Shown: piece after piece, positions 42,401 through 50,223 of the stretch | Layout: each line of letters begins with the position of its first letter | Position numbering within the stretch: the first letter of the stretch is position 1 | Assembly: GCA_028693645.1 (NCBI GenBank) | Contig: JAQUUY010000001.1 | Location: 30,318 to 94,317, forward strand | DNA: 64,000 nucleotides | Direction: 5' to 3' | From: Eubacteriales bacterium | GTDB lineage: Bacteria; Bacillota; Clostridia; Peptostreptococcales; Anaerovoracaceae | Notes under the pieces: model-generated | The model's input: the letters and a program-made list of their open reading frames with translations, nothing else | Databases searched by the model: none | Told to the model about the DNA's origin: nothing | Made by a program: the position numbers and the translations under genes

Positions 42401-42931
42401 CTCCTAAGCTATGCTCTCTATCCGAAGGTGTTTGAGGATTACCAAAAGAAACTCGTAAAAGAAGGATCCTTCCGTTATATGGGAAGCGACGTTTTCTTCC
42501 ATGGCCTTCGCGAAGGTGAAATCTGCGAGGTCAAGATAGCAGAAGGAAAAGTACTCGTCCTGAAATTAGTAGAAGTCGGCAGCCTCAACGAAGAAGGAAA
42601 CCGTTCTGTTGTCTTTGAAATCAACGGAAACAGAAGAGCGGCACAGATTAAAGATAAGAATGCCGAAAGAACTATGACCTTGCAAACGACTCTGCTTGCA
42701 GACACGGACGATCCTACACAGGTCGGAGCAAATATTTCCGGGAATGTAGTGAAAATCTTTGTCAAAGAGGGTGAACAAGTCGAAGAAGGACAACCGCTTG
42801 CTGTCTTGGAAGCGATGAAAATGGAAACCAATATTCTTTCCCCGATGAAAGGCATATTGAAAGAACTCTGTGTAAAAGAAGGCGCGCAGGTAGCTGCCGG
42901 CGAACTTGTAGCCAAACTTTCGTATGAGTAA
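39497..42931 (+). CDS. pyc: pyruvate carboxylase
   Basis: 1144 aa with biotin carboxylase, carboxyltransferase and biotinyl (EAMKMET) domains. TTG start after GGAGA. Confidence 0.98.
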   Translation: MKPFKRVLVANRGEIAIRVFRACKELGIRTVAIYSEEDQYALFRTKADESYKIGNGKSAVDAYLGIGEIIELAKAKGVDAIHPGYGFLSENTDFARLCEEAGIVFIGPTYEMMEQLGDKVTSKLVAAKVGVPTIPGVEKVIASEKEALEYAAFCGYPVMLKASAGGGGRGMRVVRDEKDLIAEFRSASSEAGKAFGIDAIFIEKYIEHPKHIEVQILGDNYGGLVHLYERDCSVQRRHQKVVEMSPALCLSEEQRQRICADALKIAGAVSYRNAGTVEFLLDQEGNHYFIEMNPRIQVEHTVSEMVTGIDIVQSQILIAQGYPLSSDKVNIKGQESIVPNGYSIQCRITTEDPENGFAPDTGTLDVYRTGSGFGIRLDGGNGFTGAKITPYYDSLLVKVTSWARTFEDAIEKSARALDEIKIKGVKTNIGFLLNVLNHPVFRAGQCNTGFIGEHPELFEIKASVDKELKLIRFLGEKAVNEHHENKPQFNIPYVPDLSDRGTKPGSKQLLDELGPKKLSSWILGQKQLLITDATMRDAQQSLMATRLRTIDMQRIAPAMSKLAGDLFSIELWGGATFDVAYRFLNESPWERLAVLRESIPNVMFQMLLRGANAVGYKNYPDNVVKRFIKEAAASGIDVFRIFDSLNWNEGMVVSIDEVLSQNKVAEVALCYTGDILDKSKNKYDLAYYVRKAKEIEKMGAHILCIKDMSSLLKPMAAYDLIKALKNEVSIPVHLHTHDTSGNGGATLMMAAMAGVDIVDAAFSSMAGLTSQPSLNSLVAALKNTERDTLLSQDDLQAISNYWSDVRPVYQQFESELKAGTAEIYKYEIPGGQYSNLKPQVESFGLGHKFEDVKEMFKNVNEMLGDIVKVTPSSKAVGDMSIFMVQNELTAENIYDKAKDMDFPDSIVSYFEGMMGQPEGGFPEKLQNLVLKGKTPITGRPGELLPDEDFDSIKEYLEKTYQIEANEQELLSYALYPKVFEDYQKKLVKEGSFRYMGSDVFFHGLREGEICEVKIAEGKVLVLKLVEVGSLNEEGNRSVVFEINGNRRAAQIKDKNAERTMTLQTTLLADTDDPTQVGANISGNVVKIFVKEGEQVEEGQPLAVLEAMKMETNILSPMKGILKELCVKEGAQVAAGELVAKLSYE

Positions 42932-42966
42932 GCAAAGAAGTAAGTAAAGAATAAAGCGAGATATAA

Positions 42967-43004
42967 AAGAAACGATTCTTGGAAACGGGGGTCGTTTCTT
43001 TTTG
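42967..43004 (+). terminator. rho-independent terminator of pyc
   Basis: AAGAAACGA pairs with TCGTTTCTT (9 bp), followed by a T-run. Confidence 0.6.
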
Positions 43005-43025
43005 TCGTTTTGTCGAAAATTGTCG
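43003..43025 (+). repeat. three direct TGTCG repeats (8- and 10-bp register)
   Basis: TGTCG occurs at 43003, 43011 and 43021, directly upstream of the putative -35 of the pilus operon. Confidence 0.5.
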
Positions 43026-43036
43026 ATTGTTAATAA

Positions 43037-43065
43037 TTGTAATTAAAACATATTAAAGGTAAAAT
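43037..43065 (+). promoter_or_regulatory. putative sigma-A promoter of the Tad-like operon
   Basis: TTGTAA, a 17-nt spacer, then TAAAAT. Confidence 0.4.
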
Positions 43066-43111
43066 ATAACAAACAAGCGAATTCGATGTTCCGAACAGCG
43101 AGGTGATAGAA

Positions 43112-44248
43112 ATGGAAAAAATTAAGCTTCTAATCATAAGTGAGGATTCGGAATATGCGGTGGCTCTCAGCAGATTACTCAGCATAAAATATGATTGCTT
43201 TCGTATTGACATCAAATCAGGAAAAACGAACACTGCAAGTATCGAAAAATGCAGATCCGCATTCTATGATTTGCTCCTTTATGACAGGTGCGATGAGGCT
43301 TATGAGCAAAGTCTTTTATCTGAAGATCAATCAAAATGTGTATTACTTACAGAGGAAGAATCCTTCTTCAGGAAAGACGAAAATGACGAAGATTCAAATA
43401 ATAAGAAAGATAAAAAACAAGAGCAACTGATTTATAAGTATGCCGGAGCAGACAAAATTGCTTCTGATTTACAGCTGTTTTATATGGAAGCAACGGGAAA
43501 AACGAAAAAAACTACTTTGGGGACGGGGGCGGAGCTAATCTTGTTTTCAGGAGCGGCCGGAAATGTCGGAAAAACAGCGCTCTGCATTGCAACTGCAAGG
43601 GAATTGGCTGAATTTCATAGAAAAAAAGTACTGCTCTTGTCTTTTGAATCCCCCGAATCGTTTGGTTTTTATTTAGACGAAGAAGGGAAAGGTCGAGGGT
43701 TAAATGAATACTTATACTACTTGTTTGCAAAATATAAACAATATTCTCCGATTGATCCCGCTGCCTTTCTGACGCATGATCGATTTGCCGTTGACTACTT
43801 CCGCCCCGGGAACAGTATAAATGAACTCATCGAGCTGAGCCTTGCCGATTTGAGAGATTTATTAGCTTCCGTAGCCAACTTCAAAGCGTATGAATATATT
43901 TGCTGTGATGTGTCTTGTTTCTCATTAAAAAAGTATTTTGAACTCTTATCTTTGGCAGACAGAATCATTCATATCGACGATGGTTCTCCTCTTTCCATTT
44001 ACAAAAATGAGGCGCTGCTGAATGCATACTATTTAGCGACGGAGGAAGAGAATTCTGATCGCCTGATAAGGGTGAGGAACAAATGGCAAGAACGAAAGGC
44101 GTCTTCTGTTGAAAACAATATAGATTTGTTTATCGAATATGATCCGGAAAGCTTTCGAGCGACGACAGTCGGTCTTGAAATCGAAATGGACCGGTGTTTT
44201 GGATTGGGGGTCAAAAAGCTTGCAGAAAAAATCCGAAGACAGATATGA
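43112..44248 (+). CDS. TadZ/CpaE-like pilus assembly protein (receiver-like N-domain plus ParA/MinD-like ATPase domain)
   Basis: 378 aa from ATG 43112 (RBS GAGGTG). The N-terminus KIKLLIISEDSEY...YDLLLYD resembles a receiver fold. The P-loop is FSGAAGNVGKTALC. The gene sits directly before cpaF. Confidence 0.6.
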   Translation: MEKIKLLIISEDSEYAVALSRLLSIKYDCFRIDIKSGKTNTASIEKCRSAFYDLLLYDRCDEAYEQSLLSEDQSKCVLLTEEESFFRKDENDEDSNNKKDKKQEQLIYKYAGADKIASDLQLFYMEATGKTKKTTLGTGAELILFSGAAGNVGKTALCIATARELAEFHRKKVLLLSFESPESFGFYLDEEGKGRGLNEYLYYLFAKYKQYSPIDPAAFLTHDRFAVDYFRPGNSINELIELSLADLRDLLASVANFKAYEYICCDVSCFSLKKYFELLSLADRIIHIDDGSPLSIYKNEALLNAYYLATEEENSDRLIRVRNKWQERKASSVENNIDLFIEYDPESFRATTVGLEIEMDRCFGLGVKKLAEKIRRQI

Positions 44249-45443
44249 TACCGTAAGTACGCTAAAAGAAATAACCGAAAATGTAAGAGCTGTTATCAAC
44301 AGCAAAGATCAAAAATTGACCGATGCGGAAGTACTTGATTTGATCGAAGCCTTTGTTTTAAAAGACAGTAGAACCCAAGTCTGCTCTTATCAAACGAAAG
44401 GTGATGTGATTAGCAGCGTTTTTAATGCAACAAGAAAAGAATTAGACCTTTTACAACCCTATGCCGATGATCGAGAAGTCAGTGAAATCATGGTCAATGG
44501 AATTGAAGGTATTTTTATTGAAAAGAAAGGAAAGATTGAACGTCTTTCGAAGAATTTCGAGACAAAAGAAGAACTAGAAGAAATTATAAGACGTTTGGCC
44601 GGAAAGGTTCATCGAGAGATAAATGAGCTGAACCCCATTGTTGATGCAAGAATGGAAGATGGCTCAAGAATTCATGCCGTTTACAAAAATGTTGCGCTCA
44701 ATGGACCAATTCTAACGATTCGGCGTTTCCCAGAAAAGAAGATTAGTATGAGCGAGCTCATTGAATATGGAAGTATCACAGAGGAAGCGGCTTTGTTTCT
44801 TAAGCAATTAGTCATTGCGGGCTATAATATCTTCATCTCCGGAGGAACCAGCTCAGGGAAAACGACGTTTCTCAATGTGTTGTCGAATTATATTCCCAAA
44901 GAAGAACGTGTCATCGTCATAGAAGATTCAGCGGAGCTTCAGATTATGGAAATAGAAAACCTTGTGCGAATGGAAAGCAGAAATGCAAATGTACAAGGCA
45001 AAGGAGAAGTTTCAATCCGACAATTGATTAAAGCAAGCTTAAGAATGCGTCCGGATCGCATCATTGTTGGTGAAGTGAGAGGGCCGGAAGTCCTTGATAT
45101 GATACAGGCGATGAATACCGGGCATGATGGATCTCTCTCAACCGGCCATGGTAATTCACCGGTTGGGATGCTGACAAGACTTGAAACGATGTATCTGATG
45201 GCAGCAGAATTTCCGATTGAAGCTATCAGAAATCAAATTGCAGAAGCCATTGATATCATTGTGCACCTCGGTAGAACCCCGGACCGTGGAAGAAAAGTTC
45301 TTGAAATCATTGAACTGGCCGGAATCGAAAATGGAAAAATCAGAGTGAATACCTTGTTTTCTTATACGAATGCCGCAGGCTTAAAAGCCACAGGGAACAA
45401 GCTTTCAAATCAAAGCAAACTGGAACGAAAGGGGATGATATAA
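44139..45443 (+). CDS. cpaF: CpaF/TadA family secretion ATPase
   Basis: Walker A GGTSSGKTTFLN, Walker B VIVIEDSAEL, and a His box GHDGSLSTGHGNS. The start is uncertain: ATG 44139 overlaps the upstream gene by 110 nt, and TTG 44220 follows GGGGG. Confidence 0.9.
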   Translation: MIRKAFERRQSVLKSKWTGVLDWGSKSLQKKSEDRYDTVSTLKEITENVRAVINSKDQKLTDAEVLDLIEAFVLKDSRTQVCSYQTKGDVISSVFNATRKELDLLQPYADDREVSEIMVNGIEGIFIEKKGKIERLSKNFETKEELEEIIRRLAGKVHREINELNPIVDARMEDGSRIHAVYKNVALNGPILTIRRFPEKKISMSELIEYGSITEEAALFLKQLVIAGYNIFISGGTSSGKTTFLNVLSNYIPKEERVIVIEDSAELQIMEIENLVRMESRNANVQGKGEVSIRQLIKASLRMRPDRIIVGEVRGPEVLDMIQAMNTGHDGSLSTGHGNSPVGMLTRLETMYLMAAEFPIEAIRNQIAEAIDIIVHLGRTPDRGRKVLEIIELAGIENGKIRVNTLFSYTNAAGLKATGNKLSNQSKLERKGMI

Positions 45444-45445
45444 GG

Positions 45446-46189
45446 ATGCCTACGTATGATCGATACGTGCTTTCCAAACAAGAAAAACTAAGGTACTTTT
45501 GTATCTGTTGCCCGTTGATAAGCGGTATTTCTTATCTGTTTTATCATAGCATTATATTTTGTATTCTCTTGCCGCTCCTTTCGATACCGGGTCAGCGAAA
45601 GTACGAAGCGTACTTGATCAGCCGTCAAAAAAAAGAATTGTCAAAGCAATTCCGAGATCTTCTCTACTCACTCTCTGCTTCTTTTTCCGCATCAAAGCAG
45701 ATGAAAGAGGCATTGAAGGAATCTTTGCCGGTTTTACTACTCCTTTACGGAGAAAATTCACTCTTGATAAAAGAAATATCACAGATTGTCAGAAAAATGG
45801 AAGAAAGTCGTGATTCGGAAGAATCCTTGCTCTCAGATTTCGCAGAAAGAAGCGCCGATGGAGAAATTCAAAGTTTTGTTGATGTCTATCTTATCTGCAG
45901 AAAATCCGGTGGCAATCTGATACAAGTGATTTCAAAAACAGTGGAGGTATTGATTGAAAAACTGGACATCACTCGGGAAATACAAAAGATGACGGCGCAA
46001 AAACGTTTTGAATCAATGATTATCACGGCAATCCCGCTCTTAATGTTGCTCTTTCTTCAATGTTCCAGCCCTGATTTTACTGCCGTGCTTTATGAAACGC
46101 TCGCAGGTCGGCTGTTGATGACCCTTGCACTTTTGGGAACGGTAGTAGCTTCTTGTTGGAGCAGAAAAATTACGGAAATTGACTTTTAG
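45446..46189 (+). CDS. tadB: TadB-like type II secretion system F-family membrane protein
   Basis: 247 aa with an N-terminal TM helix, a cytoplasmic helical T2SSF-like domain and C-terminal TM helices. Lies 2 nt after cpaF. Confidence 0.7.
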   Translation: MPTYDRYVLSKQEKLRYFCICCPLISGISYLFYHSIIFCILLPLLSIPGQRKYEAYLISRQKKELSKQFRDLLYSLSASFSASKQMKEALKESLPVLLLLYGENSLLIKEISQIVRKMEESRDSEESLLSDFAERSADGEIQSFVDVYLICRKSGGNLIQVISKTVEVLIEKLDITREIQKMTAQKRFESMIITAIPLLMLLFLQCSSPDFTAVLYETLAGRLLMTLALLGTVVASCWSRKITEIDF

Positions 46190-46219
46190 CGATATTCTTA
46201 GAAAAAGGGGGAATCTCAA

Positions 46220-47596
46220 TTGCTGAGAAGCAAGGCTTTTATAAAAAGCGGCATTCAATATTTTGAGAAGCTTGATCGATTTTTACCTTTTGATCTCTGC
46301 GGTAAAAAAGAAAAAATGCAGGAATTGTTCGGAAAGCGATATTGGCGAAAAGATACCGAAAGAATCGTCAAGGAAACTCGTCAAAAAACAGCGGGAGCAT
46401 ATCTGCTTCTTATCAGCCTTCTCCTTATTTTGATTTTTTTCTTTGCAATCTCTGCCTTGCAGCAAGGGGAAGAAGTGAAAACCATTTCAAGGCCGGAGTA
46501 TGGTGAACCGGTCAAAACGGAGCGGCTTTTCGCAAGAATGGAATATGACGGAAAAATTTTGGAGAAAGAAACAAAAGTAAAAGTGCTTCCGCAAGTTCGT
46601 TCAGTCCATGCAACGGAAAAAGCACTTGAACAATTTGAACAGGATTTGGAAATCAAAATTCTTGGGAAAAACAAAGATATCAAACACGTGTGCACGGATC
46701 TTTTCCTGTTTACAAAAGAAGAAGGAAGTGATGTCGCTATAGAATGGTTTTCCAATAAGCCGGAGTTACTTTCTCGAGAAGGAAAGGTTGATACGATTTT
46801 AGCCAAGGGGAAAGAACAAAATGTCGAATTAACAGCCGTGTATTCTTTGGGGGAGATAGAGAGAAAAATCACGTTTCCCGTTCATATTACGGATGGAGAG
46901 AAAGCAAATGATAAAACAACTTTAGAAGAGCGTCTGTCAAATGCAATCGAGAATGTTGAAGAAGGGCCGGCGGTCGGAACGCGCTTGACTTTGCCGAAAA
47001 CTCTTGGTGAAGAAGTCAGGATTCGTTGGATTGAAAAGGAAAAGAACCCTTTACCGGAATTGTTGCTGTTGTTCGTTGTTGTTTTTGGAATCATCTATCG
47101 TCTTCGTTATAAAACCGCAGAAAATGAAGTGAAAACGGATCAGAAAGCAATTTTAAATGATCTTCCCGATTTTACGAATAAATTGCTTCTCCTTCTTTCT
47201 GCAGGGCTTGTAAGCGAATCTGCGATTCGGAAAATCACAACTGATTATAGAAAACGGTGTTCAACAAAACAAAAACCCTTGTACGAAGGCTTTTGTGAGA
47301 TTGAACAACGAATGCAGTTGACAAATGCATCGTTTCTAAAAGAATTTAGTGATTTTGCTCAAAAAAGCGGAGTTAGAGAGCTGATTCGTTTGCAGACAAT
47401 CATTTCCGAAAACATGTACATTGGAAACAGTTTGAGTGAAAAACTTGAAACAGAAGCAGCAATGCTTTGGTTTTATAAGAAGAAGAGCGTGGAGGAAAGA
47501 GGGCAACTTGCGGAAACAAAACTCACATTTCCGCTGTTACTTCAGCTCATAATTCTAATGGTGATTACGTTGGCACCTGTGTTTTTGAAGCTTTAG
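46220..47596 (+). CDS. tadC: TadC-like T2SSF-family membrane protein with a large extracytoplasmic insertion
   Basis: 458 aa. TM helix at aa 58-80, a roughly 200-aa soluble domain, TM helix at aa 279-293, then a T2SSF-like helical domain (ILNDLPDFTNKLLLLLSAGL...) and a C-terminal TM helix. TTG start after AGGGGG. Confidence 0.65.
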   Translation: MLRSKAFIKSGIQYFEKLDRFLPFDLCGKKEKMQELFGKRYWRKDTERIVKETRQKTAGAYLLLISLLLILIFFFAISALQQGEEVKTISRPEYGEPVKTERLFARMEYDGKILEKETKVKVLPQVRSVHATEKALEQFEQDLEIKILGKNKDIKHVCTDLFLFTKEEGSDVAIEWFSNKPELLSREGKVDTILAKGKEQNVELTAVYSLGEIERKITFPVHITDGEKANDKTTLEERLSNAIENVEEGPAVGTRLTLPKTLGEEVRIRWIEKEKNPLPELLLLFVVVFGIIYRLRYKTAENEVKTDQKAILNDLPDFTNKLLLLLSAGLVSESAIRKITTDYRKRCSTKQKPLYEGFCEIEQRMQLTNASFLKEFSDFAQKSGVRELIRLQTIISENMYIGNSLSEKLETEAAMLWFYKKKSVEERGQLAETKLTFPLLLQLIILMVITLAPVFLKL

Positions 47597-47605
47597 GACA
47601 TTGCT

Positions 47606-47809
47606 TTGAATAGTAAAATAAGAAGGGAGAAGTACGGACTCGTAGGTACCGTGCATGAAAAAATGATGAAAAACAGCAAAAAAGGAATGGAAATGGTGCA
47701 GGTGGCAATTTTGATTGCTATTGCAGTGGCTTTAGGATTGATTTTCAGAGAGAGGATAATGGACTTTGTTGATGCGACATTTGACGGGCTGTCCTCTTCG
47801 GGATTTTAA
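47606..47809 (+). CDS. flp: Flp-type (type IVb/class III signal) pilin
   Basis: A short basic leader ...NSKKG is followed by MEMVQVAILIAIAVALGLIF and a short tail, giving a mature size of about 40 aa. The start is ambiguous (TTG 47606 or ATG 47663). Confidence 0.7.
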   Translation: MNSKIRREKYGLVGTVHEKMMKNSKKGMEMVQVAILIAIAVALGLIFRERIMDFVDATFDGLSSSGF

Positions 47810-48090
47810 TGAGTTGCTGCTTTCGTTTCTTCTCTCACTGTAAGACTAAAAAAGGAGCGGTTATGATTGAGGCAGCGTTAGTATTACCTCTGTCGATTTT
47901 TCTTATAATGGGGTTATTTACTCTTGCGCTTCATTATCATGAACAAGCAGTGCAACAAACAGAGGAGTATTGTCAAGTGAGACAAGAAGCAAAGGTAGAG
48001 GGAAAAACCGATTTGCGTGAAGCAGAATTTGTTACGAGAATTGATTTCCTGCAAGAAGTGGTCGACGGAAAGGAAAAGAAAAGTGATTAA
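47809..48090 (+). CDS. TadE-like pseudopilin
   Basis: 93 aa. TKKG/AVMIEAALVLPLSIFL matches the TadE N-terminal motif with Glu at +5. TAATG overlap with flp. Confidence 0.65.
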   Translation: MSCCFRFFSHCKTKKGAVMIEAALVLPLSIFLIMGLFTLALHYHEQAVQQTEEYCQVRQEAKVEGKTDLREAEFVTRIDFLQEVVDGKEKKSD

Positions 48091-49414
48091 GAATAACAAA
48101 AAAGGATCGGTACCTGTCTTTTTGGGAACCATCTTGCTTTCTTTTCTTCTCGTAGTAGCGATTTTGATGGAATCAGCAGTCGGTATCGTAGGGAGAGGGT
48201 ATGCAGATGGTGTTTTGAATCTGGCAGGACGTTCGATCCTTTCCGAATATGACAGACATTTGAAGGAAGACTATGGACTGTTTGCTGTTTTGATGGACGC
48301 AGAAGAAGCAGAAAAAAAGCTGACTTATTATTCGAATGAAAGCTTTGACTCTCATTTTGGATATACCGATTTGTTTTCACTTTCTCTCGAAGAGGTGAGG
48401 GTTGATTTTTCAAGTTACCCATTGAGCAATCCCGATCGCCTTGAAAAACAGATTATGGAATACATGGAGTTCCGAATCGTAAGTGAGGGAATCACGGCAC
48501 TTGATCTGTTGGAAAATCCAAAAAAACTTGATTGCTACTGCGATAAAAAAACAGAAGCAAAGAGCAGCGCCTTGAAAGTGGAGCGTGATTTAAAAAATCA
48601 ACAGATAATAAAGGGGCTTCCTTCCCATGTACTCAAAAATGAGTTTGATTTCACTTCGGCTCTTCCTCAGAACTTTAATATGAAGAAACTGCTTCATATT
48701 ACGAAAGATAGCATCAGTTTGAACCTCTATATACTAAAATGTTTTCGCCATCAATTAGATGACGAAGATTGGAACAATACCTTTTTTGCAAACGAGGTCG
48801 AATATATTTTGTGTGGAAGTGAAAGTGACAGTCGAAACAGAACGCTTGTAAAAGCAAGCTTGCTTGTCTTGAGAACCGGAATTGATCTTGCCCATATTTA
48901 CACTGATCCTCTAAAACGCCAAAGTATTTTGACCGTTGCGGCACTTGTTTTCCCAGGAGCCGCTGCTCCGGCGGCAGCAATTTTGATTGCTATCGGATGG
49001 GCCGCAGCAGAAGCGGCGAATGACCTTGGGCGCCTTGCGAAAGGAGATCGTGTCCCTTTATATAAAACGACTGCTGATTGGATGATTGATCTGGACAGTC
49101 TTCTTGAGAAGAAAGAAGAAAAAACAACCATGAAGAGACAAACTGCCGGAATCGTTATTTTGAAACCGGAATCGACAGGTCTTGATTATGAAAATTATTT
49201 ATTCTTGCTACTTTGTTTTAAAAGCAGAGAAACAAAGCTGTTTCGAATTATGGATTTAATACAGATCAACATGAAAGGAAACTATTATTCCGATTTCCTC
49301 CTATCTCATTGTTACGGCGGAATCGATTTTGTTTGCCGTATTGAACGAAAAAACAGCTTCTTGCCATTCGGTTCCTTGCGAAAAGGAGTTTTTTATGAAA
49401 GTCATGTTTACTAA
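48083..49414 (+). CDS. TadG-like pilus-associated protein
   Basis: 443 aa from GTG 48083, which overlaps the upstream stop (GTGATTAA). The N-terminus NKKGSVPVFLGTILLSFLLVVAILMESAV resembles the TadG-type N-terminal helix, followed by a large soluble domain with an internal hydrophobic stretch. Confidence 0.6.
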   Translation: MIKNNKKGSVPVFLGTILLSFLLVVAILMESAVGIVGRGYADGVLNLAGRSILSEYDRHLKEDYGLFAVLMDAEEAEKKLTYYSNESFDSHFGYTDLFSLSLEEVRVDFSSYPLSNPDRLEKQIMEYMEFRIVSEGITALDLLENPKKLDCYCDKKTEAKSSALKVERDLKNQQIIKGLPSHVLKNEFDFTSALPQNFNMKKLLHITKDSISLNLYILKCFRHQLDDEDWNNTFFANEVEYILCGSESDSRNRTLVKASLLVLRTGIDLAHIYTDPLKRQSILTVAALVFPGAAAPAAAILIAIGWAAAEAANDLGRLAKGDRVPLYKTTADWMIDLDSLLEKKEEKTTMKRQTAGIVILKPESTGLDYENYLFLLLCFKSRETKLFRIMDLIQINMKGNYYSDFLLSHCYGGIDFVCRIERKNSFLPFGSLRKGVFYESHVY

Positions 49415-50222
49415 GTGGAGACGAAGAAAAAGGGGATCTGCTATCGTCGAGGCAGCTTTGTTTCTTCCATTTTTCCTTTTGGCTTTGCTTTCTCTGATCC
49501 TAATCATTCGTTTGGTGAGTGTAGAAGGAAGCATGATGGAAATCTGCACAAAAGAAGCGCAGATAGTAGCGAAGGAAGCATATTTAACGAATTTGCCGGA
49601 GATACCCGAGGGAGTTGAAAAAAACATCGTTGGTGGTTTGGCTCATGGGACGCTTATGAAGCTTCGTATACGCCAAGCGGTAGACAGTAAAGAGAAACTG
49701 CCCTTATCGGAGTTGCGGCTGCAGAGTTTCTTCTATTTGTTTTCGGCACATGAGACAGATTCGCTGATACGACCATCATTTACTTACCAAAGCAGCATTC
49801 CTTTGCCGGGCGGATTTGGGCGAACAATTAAATTTAAACGCGTCTTTTTGTTTCGTGCGTTTGTGGGATCTGTCGGCATGAATTCTGCAATGGGTTTTAC
49901 TGAAATGGAAAAAGAAGAAAGCTCCGAGCTGGTATCTATCTTTCCTCGTGCGGGGAAACGGTATCATAAAAAAAATTGCAAGGTAATTACTGTTTATCCG
50001 ATAGAAACCTTATTAACAAATGCAGTACAGCGGAAATACAGTCCATGTTCACTTTGCAAACCAAATGAGAACGCGTTTGGCAGCAAGGTGTATCTTTTTC
50101 CGGAAAGCGGTGAAGTTTTTCATCGTGAAAATTGTGTGCTTGTAAAACGCTATGTGACTGAAATTGAAAAACAGGAAGCAATCAAGAAAGGTTACAGTCC
50201 CTGTAAATTATGCGGAGGATGA
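49395..50222 (+). CDS. TadE-like pseudopilin fused to two C-terminal H-C-C-C zinc-binding modules
   Basis: 275 aa from ATG 49395 (RBS AAAGGAG). RKRG/SAIVEAALFLPFFLL has Glu at +5. The C-terminus carries YHKKNC-x22-YSPCSLC and FHRENC-x22-YSPCKLC. Confidence 0.6.
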   Translation: MKVMFTKWRRRKRGSAIVEAALFLPFFLLALLSLILIIRLVSVEGSMMEICTKEAQIVAKEAYLTNLPEIPEGVEKNIVGGLAHGTLMKLRIRQAVDSKEKLPLSELRLQSFFYLFSAHETDSLIRPSFTYQSSIPLPGGFGRTIKFKRVFLFRAFVGSVGMNSAMGFTEMEKEESSELVSIFPRAGKRYHKKNCKVITVYPIETLLTNAVQRKYSPCSLCKPNENAFGSKVYLFPESGEVFHRENCVLVKRYVTEIEKQEAIKKGYSPCKLCGG

Positions 50223-50223
50223 T

